Assembly: GCA_039801245.1 (NCBI GenBank)
Contig: JBDRUF010000003.1
Span: 1 to 62,607, forward strand
Direction: 5' to 3'
DNA length: 62,607 nucleotides
DNA from: a candidate division WOR-3 bacterium
Lineage (GTDB): Bacteria > Hydrothermota > Tepidihabitantia > Tepidihabitantales > Tepidihabitantaceae
The position numbers and the translations under genes are program-made. Under the pieces are notes generated by a model. The model did no database searches, was not told the DNA's origin, and worked only from the letters and a program-made list of their open reading frames with translations. Each line of letters opens with the position of its first letter. The first letter of the stretch is position 1. Of this stretch, positions 14,046-23,186 are shown piece by piece.

Positions 14046-16310
14046 ATGCGCGGGAAATACCCCTTTAATAAAGTAGCCTTTATCGGCACATATATACCGC
14101 GGCGGTGCGGCATCGCCACCTTTACTGCGGATTTGTGCGAAGCGGTTGTTCAGGAGGCGCCAGAGCTTGACTGCTTAGTGGTGGCATTGAACGACACGCC
14201 TGAGGGTTATCAATATCCGGAAAGGGTGCGGTTTGAGGTGGCCCAGAACAATAAGGACTATTATCGCCAGATGGCGGAGTTTCTGAATATGACGAGAGTG
14301 GATTTGACCTGTCTGCAGCATGAGTACGGGATTTTTGGTGGACCAGCAGGCAGCCATATTCTCATTGCCCTGCGCCGATTGCGGATGCCGGTGGTTACCA
14401 CCCTGCACACCGTGCTTGCCGAGCCGGATGAAAACCAGCATCAGGTGTTGGAGGAGATCTGTCGGATTTCTGAACGGGTGGTGGTGATGAGTGAGCGGGC
14501 GGCAAGGTTTCTCAAGGAGATTTATCAGGTGCCGGAAACCAAGATCGACCTGATTCATCATGGGATTCCAGATATGCCCTTTGTTGACCCGAATTATTAC
14601 AAGGACCTTTTCGGGGTTGAGGGTAGGCGGGTGATTCTTACATTTGGACTGCTTTCACCCAACAAGGGGATTGAGTATATGATTGATGCCCTGCCCGCAA
14701 TTGTCAAGCGTTTTCCTGATGTGGTTTACATTGTTCTGGGTATTACCCATCCTAATGTCAAGCGGGAGCAGGGCGAGGAGTATCGACTTGGCTTGCAGCG
14801 CCGGGCAAGGGAGCTTAATGTTGCCGCCAATGTTGTCTTTCACAACCGGTATGTCAGCCTGGATGAGCTGTGTCGTTTTTTGGGTGCGGCGGATATCTAT
14901 GTCACCCCCTATCTCAATCCGCACCAGATTGTCTCGGGAACCCTTGCCTATTCAATGGGTGTTGGCAAGGCGGTGGTTTCCACCCCTTACTGGTATGCTG
15001 AGGAAATGCTTGCTGATGGCAGGGGTAAACTGGTGCCTTTCCGGGATGGGCAGGCGCTGGCCGAGACGATAATTCAATTGTTTGAGCAAGAGAGCGAACG
15101 GCATGCGATGCGTAAGCGCGCCTATGCCTTTGGCAGAAGGATGATTTGGAAGGAGGTGGCGCGCGCATATCTTGACACTTTTGTGCGGGCGGCTGAGGAG
15201 CGGATGCGCGGACCGGTGGTTTTGTATTCACCGCTACAGACCGCCGACCCTCTGGATATTGAACTGCCTGAACTGAACCTCAGCCATCTTTTAACGATGA
15301 CCGATGATACCGGGATTCTCCAGCATTGCCGAAGGACTGTGCCCAACCTGAGTGAAGGCTATACCACCGATGATAATGCCCGGGCACTTTTGGTGGCGCT
15401 CCGTGCTCAGGAAATACAGGAGGAGAAAGGCCTTTTAAACCGGCTGGTCAGGCGCTACCTGGCGTTTATTGATTTTGCCTTCAACCGTCAGAACGGTCGT
15501 TTCCGCAATATCCTTTCCTATGACCGACGCTGGGTTGAGGAGTATGGTTCTGAAGACAGTCATGCGCGGGCGCTCTGGGCTTTAGGTTATGCGGTCGCCT
15601 CAGCCGCAGAGGAGGGGGTGGTTGCACTCTCAGTCAATCTTTTTTCAGCTGGTTTGCCCGCAGTGGAACTTTTCACCAGCCCTCGCGCCTGGGCATATAC
15701 CTTACTAGGTCTCTGTGCATATAGCCGGCGGTTTCCCGGTGACAGTAATGCCCGGCGCTTTCGGGAACTGCTCGCGGAAAGGCTTTATCAGTTATACAAA
15801 GGTAATAGAACCGAAGACTGGCGCTGGTTTGAGCCGATGCTTGCCTATGCCAATGCGCGACTGAGCGAGGCTTTAATTGTGGCGGGAAAGGAGTTAAAGA
15901 GCAAGGATTTGCTTGATGCTGGTCTTGAGTCCTTGGACTGGCTTATTAAGGTCCAGACCGCGGAGCAGCGCCATTTTATCCCGATTGCCAATTCTGGCTG
16001 GCATCGTGGGACTGCCCGCGCCCGTTTTGACCAGCAGCCGATAGAGGCGCACTGTGCAGTTGAGGCTTGTTATCAGGCATACTTGGTTACGCATGAACCA
16101 AGGTGGCGGGAGGAGATGCGCCGGGCGTTTGAATGGTTCTTGGGCAGAAATGACCTCGGTCTACCCTTGTATGACTATGCGACTGGAGGTTGCCATGACG
16201 GATTACATCCTGATGGGGTTAATGGGAACGAGGGGGCAGAGGCAACCTTGTCTTTTATTGCCTCCCTGTTGACAATGTACGCTGCCCAGTCACCTACAGA
16301 GAATCGATGA
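14046..16310 (+). CDS. Glycosyltransferase family 4 domain fused to a ~350-aa C-terminal domain of unknown function
   Basis: 754 aa. The N-terminal half has a GT-B/GT4 pattern (FIGTYIPRRCGIATFT...; YLNPHQIVSGTLAYSMGVGKAVVSTP). I did not recognise the C-terminal half (TTDDNARALLVAL...). Confidence 0.7.
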   Translation: MRGKYPFNKVAFIGTYIPRRCGIATFTADLCEAVVQEAPELDCLVVALNDTPEGYQYPERVRFEVAQNNKDYYRQMAEFLNMTRVDLTCLQHEYGIFGGPAGSHILIALRRLRMPVVTTLHTVLAEPDENQHQVLEEICRISERVVVMSERAARFLKEIYQVPETKIDLIHHGIPDMPFVDPNYYKDLFGVEGRRVILTFGLLSPNKGIEYMIDALPAIVKRFPDVVYIVLGITHPNVKREQGEEYRLGLQRRARELNVAANVVFHNRYVSLDELCRFLGAADIYVTPYLNPHQIVSGTLAYSMGVGKAVVSTPYWYAEEMLADGRGKLVPFRDGQALAETIIQLFEQESERHAMRKRAYAFGRRMIWKEVARAYLDTFVRAAEERMRGPVVLYSPLQTADPLDIELPELNLSHLLTMTDDTGILQHCRRTVPNLSEGYTTDDNARALLVALRAQEIQEEKGLLNRLVRRYLAFIDFAFNRQNGRFRNILSYDRRWVEEYGSEDSHARALWALGYAVASAAEEGVVALSVNLFSAGLPAVELFTSPRAWAYTLLGLCAYSRRFPGDSNARRFRELLAERLYQLYKGNRTEDWRWFEPMLAYANARLSEALIVAGKELKSKDLLDAGLESLDWLIKVQTAEQRHFIPIANSGWHRGTARARFDQQPIEAHCAVEACYQAYLVTHEPRWREEMRRAFEWFLGRNDLGLPLYDYATGGCHDGLHPDGVNGNEGAEATLSFIASLLTMYAAQSPTENR

Positions 16311-17287
16311 GCGGCGACCGGCAGGTTCTACTTCAACGATACGAGAAAAACCCCGTTCTTACCGCTGCTGACTGGCCATATCCGGTAAACACGGTATTTA
16401 ATCCTGGGGCGATGCTCCTCCCCGATGGCACAACCTTGCTTCTGTGTCGGGTTGAGGACCGCAGTGGGATATCCCATCTCTGTGCTGCCCGTTCTGATAA
16501 TGGGGTTGACAACTGGCACATTGACCCTGTTCCTACCTTTCTCCCGGACCCGCTAAATCATCCTGAAGAGATTTGGGGAATAGAGGATCCACGGATCACT
16601 TATATTGAGGAACTTAAGAAATATGCTGTAACTTATACCGCCTATTCACGGGCGGGTCCAGCGGTGGCGCTCGCGCTCACCGAGGACTTTAGAAATTTTG
16701 AACGGTTAGGGGTGGTGATGCCACCGGCAGATAAGGATGCGGCACTTTTACCCCGGCGGTTTAACGGCTACTGGCTGATGATCCATCGCCCAACTACCTC
16801 TTTGGGTGCCCATATTTATATCTCCCAATCACCGGATTTAATTCACTGGGGTAGACATCATTTAGTACTCCCAGCCCGTCGCGGTGCTTGGTGGGATGCA
16901 AGTCGGGTGGGTCTGGCAGCACCACCAATTGAGACGGAAAATGGGTGGTTGATGTTTTACCACGGGGTGAAGGAAACCCCCAGCGGTTCAATCTATCGGG
17001 TGGGGTTGGCGCTATTAGACCGCGAACGGCCGTGGCGTTGTGTGCAGCGAGGAACAGAGTGGATTTTCGGACCGGTGATGCCCTATGAGAGGGTAGGGGA
17101 TGTCAATAGCGTAGTTTTCCCCTGCGGCAGTGTCTTGGAGCCGGATGGCGAGACGATTCGTGTGTATTACGGTGCGGCAGACACCTCAATCTGTCTTGCC
17201 CGCGGCCGATTGAGCGAACTCCTTAAATGGCTGGAAGACCATTCCGTTTCCACTTGTGAGGCTACCAGCGAGCCGATGATTACCTGA
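16307..17287 (+). CDS. Glycoside hydrolase family 130-like phosphorylase/glycosidase
   Basis: NPGAMLLPDGTTLLLCRVEDRSGISHL, EDPRITYIEE and YYGAADTSICLA. An ATGA overlap joins it to the upstream GT gene. Confidence 0.75.
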   Translation: MSGDRQVLLQRYEKNPVLTAADWPYPVNTVFNPGAMLLPDGTTLLLCRVEDRSGISHLCAARSDNGVDNWHIDPVPTFLPDPLNHPEEIWGIEDPRITYIEELKKYAVTYTAYSRAGPAVALALTEDFRNFERLGVVMPPADKDAALLPRRFNGYWLMIHRPTTSLGAHIYISQSPDLIHWGRHHLVLPARRGAWWDASRVGLAAPPIETENGWLMFYHGVKETPSGSIYRVGLALLDRERPWRCVQRGTEWIFGPVMPYERVGDVNSVVFPCGSVLEPDGETIRVYYGAADTSICLARGRLSELLKWLEDHSVSTCEATSEPMIT

Positions 17288-17301
17288 ACTATGTTACACC
17301 T

Positions 17302-18075
17302 TTAAAGTTCACTGTGATTAGTTTCATCCCAACGTTCATCAGTTTGATTCCTTAAATGTTTTGCCAGGTCTGGGTTGCGATAGGGTGATTTTTCTGCCTG
17401 ATGTCGGCTGGCTTCAAAGAAGACTATCCAGACGAGAAATGAGAAGACAATCAGGCTGCCGGTTAATAACGGTCGATAGGGCAGGGCGATGACTAAAAAG
17501 TCGTAAATGCCGTGGGCGACGATAGCCAGACCCAGACCGATAAGGGCAAAAAGGTTTTCTTCAGCGGTCGTTTTGGCAAACTTCGCCTCACCAAGAAAAT
17601 AACCCATCAGGACCCCATAAAAGGCATGACTGGGGACAGCAAGAAATGCCCTTAATATACCGGTGCGCAAGCCACCAAGTAGGCTAGGGCTAAAGACATA
17701 AAGGATGTTTTCAATGGTGGCAAAGCCCAATGCAACCGCGGTTGAGTACATTATCCCATCATAGGGTTCGTCAAACTCTGGGCGGTTATAGCAGTATAAG
17801 CGGACAACAAAGAACTTCCAGCCTTCCTCGATAAGACCGGCAATAAAAAAGGAGCCAAGAAAAATTGTAAGGAGATCGGGTTTTCGGTAATACCATCCGG
17901 TGAGACGCTGGACTAGGTTAGCTGTTGCGGAGGCGGGCAGAAGAATAAAGGCACCCAGGATAAAGGCAAGAAAGATGGGCCAGAGCGGTTCCTTTTTATA
18001 ACGGTCGCGGAAATAGAAAAAGAGTAAAAGCCCAAGCCCTGGGAGTATGGCCAATATTAATAACCAGATATTCAA
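17302..18075 (-). CDS. PrsW-family intramembrane metalloprotease
   Basis: Multi-TM protein with the EEGWKF, HAFYG and HGIYD motifs. Confidence 0.75.
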   Translation of the reverse strand: MNIWLLILAILPGLGLLLFFYFRDRYKKEPLWPIFLAFILGAFILLPASATANLVQRLTGWYYRKPDLLTIFLGSFFIAGLIEEGWKFFVVRLYCYNRPEFDEPYDGIMYSTAVALGFATIENILYVFSPSLLGGLRTGILRAFLAVPSHAFYGVLMGYFLGEAKFAKTTAEENLFALIGLGLAIVAHGIYDFLVIALPYRPLLTGSLIVFSFLVWIVFFEASRHQAEKSPYRNPDLAKHLRNQTDERWDETNHSEL

Positions 18076-18130
18076 TACTATATTTTGTTAAAGTTAGGGC
18101 AGGAGTCAATGTCTTGGTTATGGCGTTCGC

Positions 18131-18159
18131 TTGACCGTTGGCATTTAAGAATTTAAGAT
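18131..18159 (+). promoter_or_regulatory. Promoter TTGACC-N17-TAAGAT ending 8 nt before ATG 18168 (leaderless-type)
   Basis: TTGACC at 18131-18136 and TAAGAT at 18154-18159, with no SD. Confidence 0.4.
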
Positions 18160-18167
18160 AAGCATCA

Positions 18168-19286
18168 ATGCGGATTTTAGTTGTGAATTGGCGCTGCATT
18201 AAGAACCCGCTCGCAGGTGGGGCAGAGATTTATTTGCAGGAAATCTGCCGGCGGCTGGTGCAACGCGGGCATGAGATAACCCTTGTTGCCGAGCGGTTTG
18301 CCGGTTCAGCGTTAGAGGAGGAGATTGATGGGGTCAGGGTGAAGAGGATGGGGGGAAAATGGACATTTAACTGGACGGTCTACAGGCAGATTGGCAAACT
18401 GGTAAGAGAGGGTGATTTTGACATTGTGATTGATGACCTTAACAAGATTCCTTTCTATTCCCCCTGGTTTACGGATAAACCGGTTTTGGTGCTTTTAATG
18501 CACCTTTTCCGAAGGAGTATTTTTCGGGAAGCGATAGCGCCTTTTGCCCTTTATGTTTATTTGACCGAAAGCCTTATTCCCCTTGCATACAAGAAATGCT
18601 TGTTTGCGGTGCTTTCTGAGAGTTCAAAAAGGGATGTTGTGCGTTTGGGTATTCCTCCAGAACAAATAACAGTTGTTCCGCCGGGGACAGATTTTGAGCG
18701 TTATCAGCCTGACCCACGAGTGAAAAAAGAGCCGGTTGTGCTCCATGTGGGGAGACTGAAGAAATATAAATCAACCGAGCAGCTGTTATATGCGGCACGC
18801 CTCTTGAAGGAGAGGGGTAGGGTATTCCAGGTGGTGGTGGTGGGGACTGGGGATGACCTGCCCCGGCTTGAGCGGATTGTAGAGAAGTTGGGGTTAAAGG
18901 AAACCGTTCGTTTTACTGGCTTTGTGTCAGAGGAGGAGAAGATTCAATGGTACCGGCGCAGTGCGCTCTTGGTGGAGAGTTCAATCAAGGAGGGGTGGGG
19001 GTTGATTGTGATTGAGGCAAATGCCTGTGGTACGCCAGTGGTTGTTGCCCGTTCACCGGGATTGGTTGATTCCTCGCGCGATGGGGTAAACGGCTTTTTC
19101 TATGATTATGGTGATATCCCCCAGCTGGCAGAAAAGATTGATTTGCTACTAAGAGATGGGGCACTGCGCACTCGGCTGGGTGAGCAGGCGGTTTCTTGGG
19201 CAAGGCAGTGGACCTGGGATGGTGCCACTGATAAAATAGAAGTCTTGATCAAGGAGACGGTAGAGAGGCATAAATGGGCGCACTGA
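18168..19286 (+). CDS. Glycosyltransferase family 4
   Basis: 372 aa with the EGWGLIVIEANACGTPVV E-x7-E region. Confidence 0.8.
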   Translation: MRILVVNWRCIKNPLAGGAEIYLQEICRRLVQRGHEITLVAERFAGSALEEEIDGVRVKRMGGKWTFNWTVYRQIGKLVREGDFDIVIDDLNKIPFYSPWFTDKPVLVLLMHLFRRSIFREAIAPFALYVYLTESLIPLAYKKCLFAVLSESSKRDVVRLGIPPEQITVVPPGTDFERYQPDPRVKKEPVVLHVGRLKKYKSTEQLLYAARLLKERGRVFQVVVVGTGDDLPRLERIVEKLGLKETVRFTGFVSEEEKIQWYRRSALLVESSIKEGWGLIVIEANACGTPVVVARSPGLVDSSRDGVNGFFYDYGDIPQLAEKIDLLLRDGALRTRLGEQAVSWARQWTWDGATDKIEVLIKETVERHKWAH

Positions 19287-20281
19287 TGCCAGCGATTGAT
19301 TGTCAGGGTGTTGTCAAGGATTTCCGGCGGGGGCGGGGTCTGAAAAGGCGGGTTGTGCGGGCGCTGGATCGCGCTACCCTCACTCTCAAGCAGGGTGAGT
19401 TGTTCGGGCTTTTAGGCCCGAACGGCGCGGGCAAGACCACATTGGTGCGGTGTATTGCAACACTATTAATACCGGATGCGGGGACAATACGGATTTTTGG
19501 GCATGACGCATTTAAGGAGTCGCTCTTCTGCCGGCAGTGTATTGGGCTTTTGACATCCGGAGAGCGGACCCTTTACTGGAAACTATCTGCACGGGATAAT
19601 CTGCGTTTCTTTGCCGCACTTTATGGTTTGACGGGTAAAGAAAGGGACAGACGGATTGAGTATCTGTTGGAGCTGTTGGGTCTGAAGGATGTCGCCAACG
19701 AACGGTTGGAGCGCTACTCATCAGGGATGAAGCAGAAGGTGAGTCTGGCACGGGCGATGTTACATAACCCACAGATTCTTTTGCTGGATGAACCCACCCT
19801 TGGTCTTGACCCGCAGTTCGGCAGGTTTATCCGTCGGTTCATCAAGGAGGAGTTGAACCAAAAGCAGGGGAAGACGATTCTTCTGACCACTCATTATATG
19901 GACGAGGCGGACGAGCTGTGCGACCGGATTGCTTTTATCAACAGGGGCAGAATTGTGGATATTAAGACACCGGAGCAGTACAAGAGGGACATACCCCATA
20001 CCGAGGTGCTGGAGGTGCGCTGTTTGGGACAGCCGGACATTAGTAGTTTGAAAAGCCTTGACGGGATTGAGCGGGTTCAGGCAGAGTTCAATGATGGTAT
20101 TACCACCCTGCGGATTGTTGCCCCGCGGGCAGAACGGGTTTTGAGTGAGGTGATTGAGTCGGTCCGGTCCCAGGCGCGGATTTTGGGGATTGATGTCAAG
20201 GAGCCAACCCTGGAGGATGTTTTTATCTATATGACCGGGACATCATTAGGTGAGGATACGGCAAATAGCGAAGGTAAGTGA
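19286..20281 (+). CDS. ABC transporter ATP-binding protein (ABC-2/DrrA-like)
   Basis: Walker A GPNGAGKTT, signature YSSGMKQKVSLA, Walker B ILLLDEPT. I preferred ATG 19286 (TGATG overlap with the upstream stop); the track start is 19274. Confidence 0.85.
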   Translation: MPAIDCQGVVKDFRRGRGLKRRVVRALDRATLTLKQGELFGLLGPNGAGKTTLVRCIATLLIPDAGTIRIFGHDAFKESLFCRQCIGLLTSGERTLYWKLSARDNLRFFAALYGLTGKERDRRIEYLLELLGLKDVANERLERYSSGMKQKVSLARAMLHNPQILLLDEPTLGLDPQFGRFIRRFIKEELNQKQGKTILLTTHYMDEADELCDRIAFINRGRIVDIKTPEQYKRDIPHTEVLEVRCLGQPDISSLKSLDGIERVQAEFNDGITTLRIVAPRAERVLSEVIESVRSQARILGIDVKEPTLEDVFIYMTGTSLGEDTANSEGK

Positions 20282-20282
20282 T

Positions 20283-21119
20283 ATGGCACGCCGGCAGCTA
20301 GGTGTTGAGCTACAGGTTGTTGGTGCAGAGTTTGTCAAGACTATGCGCATCTGGTTTTCCTATCCGATTATGATTGTCTTCTGGGCAATATTCCCCCTTC
20401 TCTGGGTTCTGCCCTATGTGTTTCAGGGTAAGGCGCTGGTTGGCGGGGCATCAAGTGAGGCGTTCCGGCAACTCACCGGCTCGGGCAACTATCTGGCGTT
20501 TGTGCTGATTGGTGCGATGATATCAACCTTTGTCTTCTCTGCACTCTGGGGCGTGGGCAACTCTTTGCGCGAGGAAACCTACTGGGGTACAATGGAATAT
20601 ATTATCGCCTCGCCAACCCATCCCTTGGTAATTCTCATCGGCAAGACACTGGCAGAATGGGCATGGTCAAGCGTGATGGTAGTTTTTCAGGCGCTCATCA
20701 TCGCCTTGTTTTTCGGGGTTCAGTTTACGCTCGCAAAGATTCTGCCGGTTCTCCTCCTGGTGGTGCTTTTGATGATTGGGTTTTACGGGTTTGCGATTGC
20801 CTTTGCCGGGTTTACCCTGTTAATCAAGGAGGTGCACGGCTGGGTTCATACCCTGGAGTGGATATTCTTTCTCTTTTCACCAATCCGCTACCCGGTGCAG
20901 GTGAATCCAATCACCGCTTTCGTCTCGACCCTGATTCCCTTGACCTGGGCACTGGTGGCAATTAGAGGGATAATTCTCTTAAATAAAACCGAGGTCAATC
21001 TCTATCAGACTGTTCTTATCCTCTTGGTGATGGATGCGGTGCTTTTGGTTGCCGGTTATTTCCTTTTTGTCTATCTTGAGAAAAAGACCAGGCGGGATGG
21101 CACCGTCGGGATGCACTGA
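20283..21119 (+). CDS. ABC-2 type transporter permease
   Basis: Polytopic membrane protein. ATG 20283 (MARRQLG) lies 1 nt after the ATPase stop. Confidence 0.75.
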   Translation: MARRQLGVELQVVGAEFVKTMRIWFSYPIMIVFWAIFPLLWVLPYVFQGKALVGGASSEAFRQLTGSGNYLAFVLIGAMISTFVFSALWGVGNSLREETYWGTMEYIIASPTHPLVILIGKTLAEWAWSSVMVVFQALIIALFFGVQFTLAKILPVLLLVVLLMIGFYGFAIAFAGFTLLIKEVHGWVHTLEWIFFLFSPIRYPVQVNPITAFVSTLIPLTWALVAIRGIILLNKTEVNLYQTVLILLVMDAVLLVAGYFLFVYLEKKTRRDGTVGMH

Positions 21120-21120
21120 G

Positions 21121-21975
21121 ATGGCAAGGGTAGAAAATCTCATCAAGAGGGTCAGGCATTATGCAGCTGCGGTCTGGGCAGAGAATATCAAAGAGTGGAA
21201 ATTGGAGCTGACCTATAAGGCGGATTTTGCCCGGGGTTTGATCGACCCGGTCGTCTATCTTCTACCATATCTGCTTTACGGTGTTGCTCTTGTAGGGGGC
21301 AGGGAGTCAGAAAACCTTGCTCGGCTGGTGGGCACGACCGATATCGTTACCTTTATTACCCTCGGCTATCTGTTTATCGGGTTTCTCAATATGGCGCTCT
21401 GGGCGATGGGCTTCAGTCTGCGCAAGGAGCAGTTTTATGGCACGCTGGAATCGGTTTTTGCCGCACCCGTTCCCCGCTGGGTTTTTACGATGGGGATGTC
21501 ACTGCATTCAATTCTCCATCAACTCCTGATGATTGCGGTGCAGATTGTTTTTATACTTTTGGTTTTCAGCCTTAAGGTCAATCCACTTGGTATCTTGCCC
21601 ACCCTGCTTGTCATTGGATTGATGCTAATAGCCCTTTACGGCATCGGCATGTTTATGGCATCCTTTACCCTGATTTTCAAGCAGGGCTGGCTGGTGAGCG
21701 AGGCGTTGTCAAGCATAATGATGATTCTGACGCCGATTGCCTATCCCTTGGCGGTGCTGCCGGCGTTTATGCAGAAGCTGGCACTTTTTGTGCCTACCAC
21801 CTATGGCATCTTGACCGCACGCCACTTTCTGATGGGGGAGAGGATTGATTTTACCCTCAGGGATGCCTTTGTTCGGCTCGGACTTTTGTCGTTCTTGTGG
21901 GTGGGCTTCGGGCTCGTGGTTTTTATGCTCATTGACCGGTGGACAAGGCGTTCAGGCACCCTTAGCCATTATTAA
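21121..21975 (+). CDS. ABC-2 type transporter permease (tandem paralog)
   Basis: Polytopic membrane protein. ATG 21121 (MARVENL) lies 1 nt after the upstream stop. Confidence 0.75.
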   Translation: MARVENLIKRVRHYAAAVWAENIKEWKLELTYKADFARGLIDPVVYLLPYLLYGVALVGGRESENLARLVGTTDIVTFITLGYLFIGFLNMALWAMGFSLRKEQFYGTLESVFAAPVPRWVFTMGMSLHSILHQLLMIAVQIVFILLVFSLKVNPLGILPTLLVIGLMLIALYGIGMFMASFTLIFKQGWLVSEALSSIMMILTPIAYPLAVLPAFMQKLALFVPTTYGILTARHFLMGERIDFTLRDAFVRLGLLSFLWVGFGLVVFMLIDRWTRRSGTLSHY

Positions 21976-21981
21976 AATAAA

Positions 21982-22935
21982 ATGGGTGGAGTGAGCCAGC
22001 CGCCTTCAGCTAAAAGCCATCAGCCCCCACTTGGCATCACGATTGGTGACCCGGCAGGAGTAGGGCCAGAGATTACCTTAAAGGCGCTGGCGCAGCTGAA
22101 ATGGAGAAATGTGGTGTTGATCGGTTCAAAGGCTGTTTTGGAAAGAGAGGCAAAAAGGCTTGATTTGGATTTCAATCTGGAGATGGTGATTGACACCGGA
22201 CCATTGGGCAGGTTTGATTATGGACGGGTGCAGAAAAGATGCGGTGAGTCGGCTCTTGCAGCTTTGGAAGTTGGATTGAAGATGTTAAAGAAGGACGAGA
22301 TTTCAGGACTGGTAACCGCACCGGTTTCTAAGGAGGCGCTGCGGCTTGTCGGTTTCAAACATCCGGGTCAGACCGAGTTTCTTGCCTGGGGTCTAAATGT
22401 CAAGCGATATGCGATGCTTGCCTGGACACCTGATTTCAAGGTTGTGTTTGTGACAATCCATCTGCCCCTGGCGCTGGTGCCGGCACAGATTACCACCAAA
22501 AGGGTGCTCGAGAAGATTTTTCTCCTGGATGATTTTCTGAATCTTGAAGGTAAGCCCGCACCGAAAATCGGTGTTTTTGCCCTTAACCCGCATGCAGAGG
22601 AGTTCAGCCTTGGCGAAGAGAAGCGCATCGCCTTAGCGATAAAAAGGGCAAGAAAAAAGGGGATAGATGCCCAGGGTCCTTTTCCCGCAGACTCAATTTT
22701 TGCCCGGCTCAAGGAGTTTGACGGGTTCGTGGCGATGTATCATGACCAGGCGATGATTCCGGCAAAAGTTCTCGGTAGGGGTAGGGGGGTAAATGTTACC
22801 TTAGGGTTGGGCAAGGTTCGCACCTCACCATTGCATGGTGTTGCCTTTGACATCGCGGGCAAAGGTATTGCGGACGCCACCTCAATGAAATCGGCAATCA
22901 TCCTTGCACAAAAACTCACCCGCCGGGCTGGTTAA
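21982..22935 (+). CDS. pdxA: 4-hydroxythreonine-4-phosphate dehydrogenase
   Basis: GITIGDPAGVGPEI, HPGQTEFLA and the YHDQAMIP motifs. Confidence 0.85.
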   Translation: MGGVSQPPSAKSHQPPLGITIGDPAGVGPEITLKALAQLKWRNVVLIGSKAVLEREAKRLDLDFNLEMVIDTGPLGRFDYGRVQKRCGESALAALEVGLKMLKKDEISGLVTAPVSKEALRLVGFKHPGQTEFLAWGLNVKRYAMLAWTPDFKVVFVTIHLPLALVPAQITTKRVLEKIFLLDDFLNLEGKPAPKIGVFALNPHAEEFSLGEEKRIALAIKRARKKGIDAQGPFPADSIFARLKEFDGFVAMYHDQAMIPAKVLGRGRGVNVTLGLGKVRTSPLHGVAFDIAGKGIADATSMKSAIILAQKLTRRAG

Positions 22936-22990
22936 GCCGCAAAAAACAAAAGATAAGTCACCTATATTTAAATACTTATGAAATAATAAA

Positions 22991-23123
22991 GTGAGGCGAA
23001 GTCGGCCAGGGCTGGTTTCAGGCGAGGCTGTTTTGGTGGGATCGGAATGCGAGGGCATTCCATTGGGCTTTTGAGGAGGTTGAGATGCCGTTCCGTCGCC
23101 TGAAACAACCGGCTCCGCCTCAC
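22991..23123. ncRNA. Candidate structured RNA or MITE-like long imperfect hairpin (class unknown)
   Basis: GTGAGGCG (22991-22998) pairs with CGCCTCAC (23116-23123). AGTCGG pairs with CCGGCT, and GTTTCAGGCGA (23015-23025) pairs with TCGCCTGAAAC (23096-23106). An apical hairpin GGAATGC-gagg-GCATTCC lies at 23044-23061. The element sits between convergent genes. Confidence 0.35.
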
Positions 23124-23146
23124 CAAATTGTCTAAGACAATATTAA

Positions 23147-23185
23147 CAAATTTTTAAAACCCTGTCAAATATTTCTTAACAGGGT
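23147..23185 (-). terminator. Rho-independent terminator of the TPR gene
   Basis: On the minus strand: ACCCTGT-13 nt-ACAGGGT followed by TTTAAAAATTT, starting 2 nt after the stop at 23187. Confidence 0.6.
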
Positions 23186-23186
23186 C

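Noticed and set aside
21779-21793. TGGCACtttttGTGC with correct sigma-54 GG-N10-GC spacing
   Set aside because: It lies in the middle of the ABC-2 permease coding sequence, has GTGC instead of TTGC, and has no plausible downstream target. It is probably a chance match.
22991-23123. Identification of the long hairpin as SRP (4.5S) RNA or 6S RNA
   Set aside because: There is no GNRA-capped domain IV with the conserved AGCA/GGAA loops on either strand. At 133 nt it is too short, and it lacks the central bubble expected for 6S RNA. I kept it only as an unclassified structured element.
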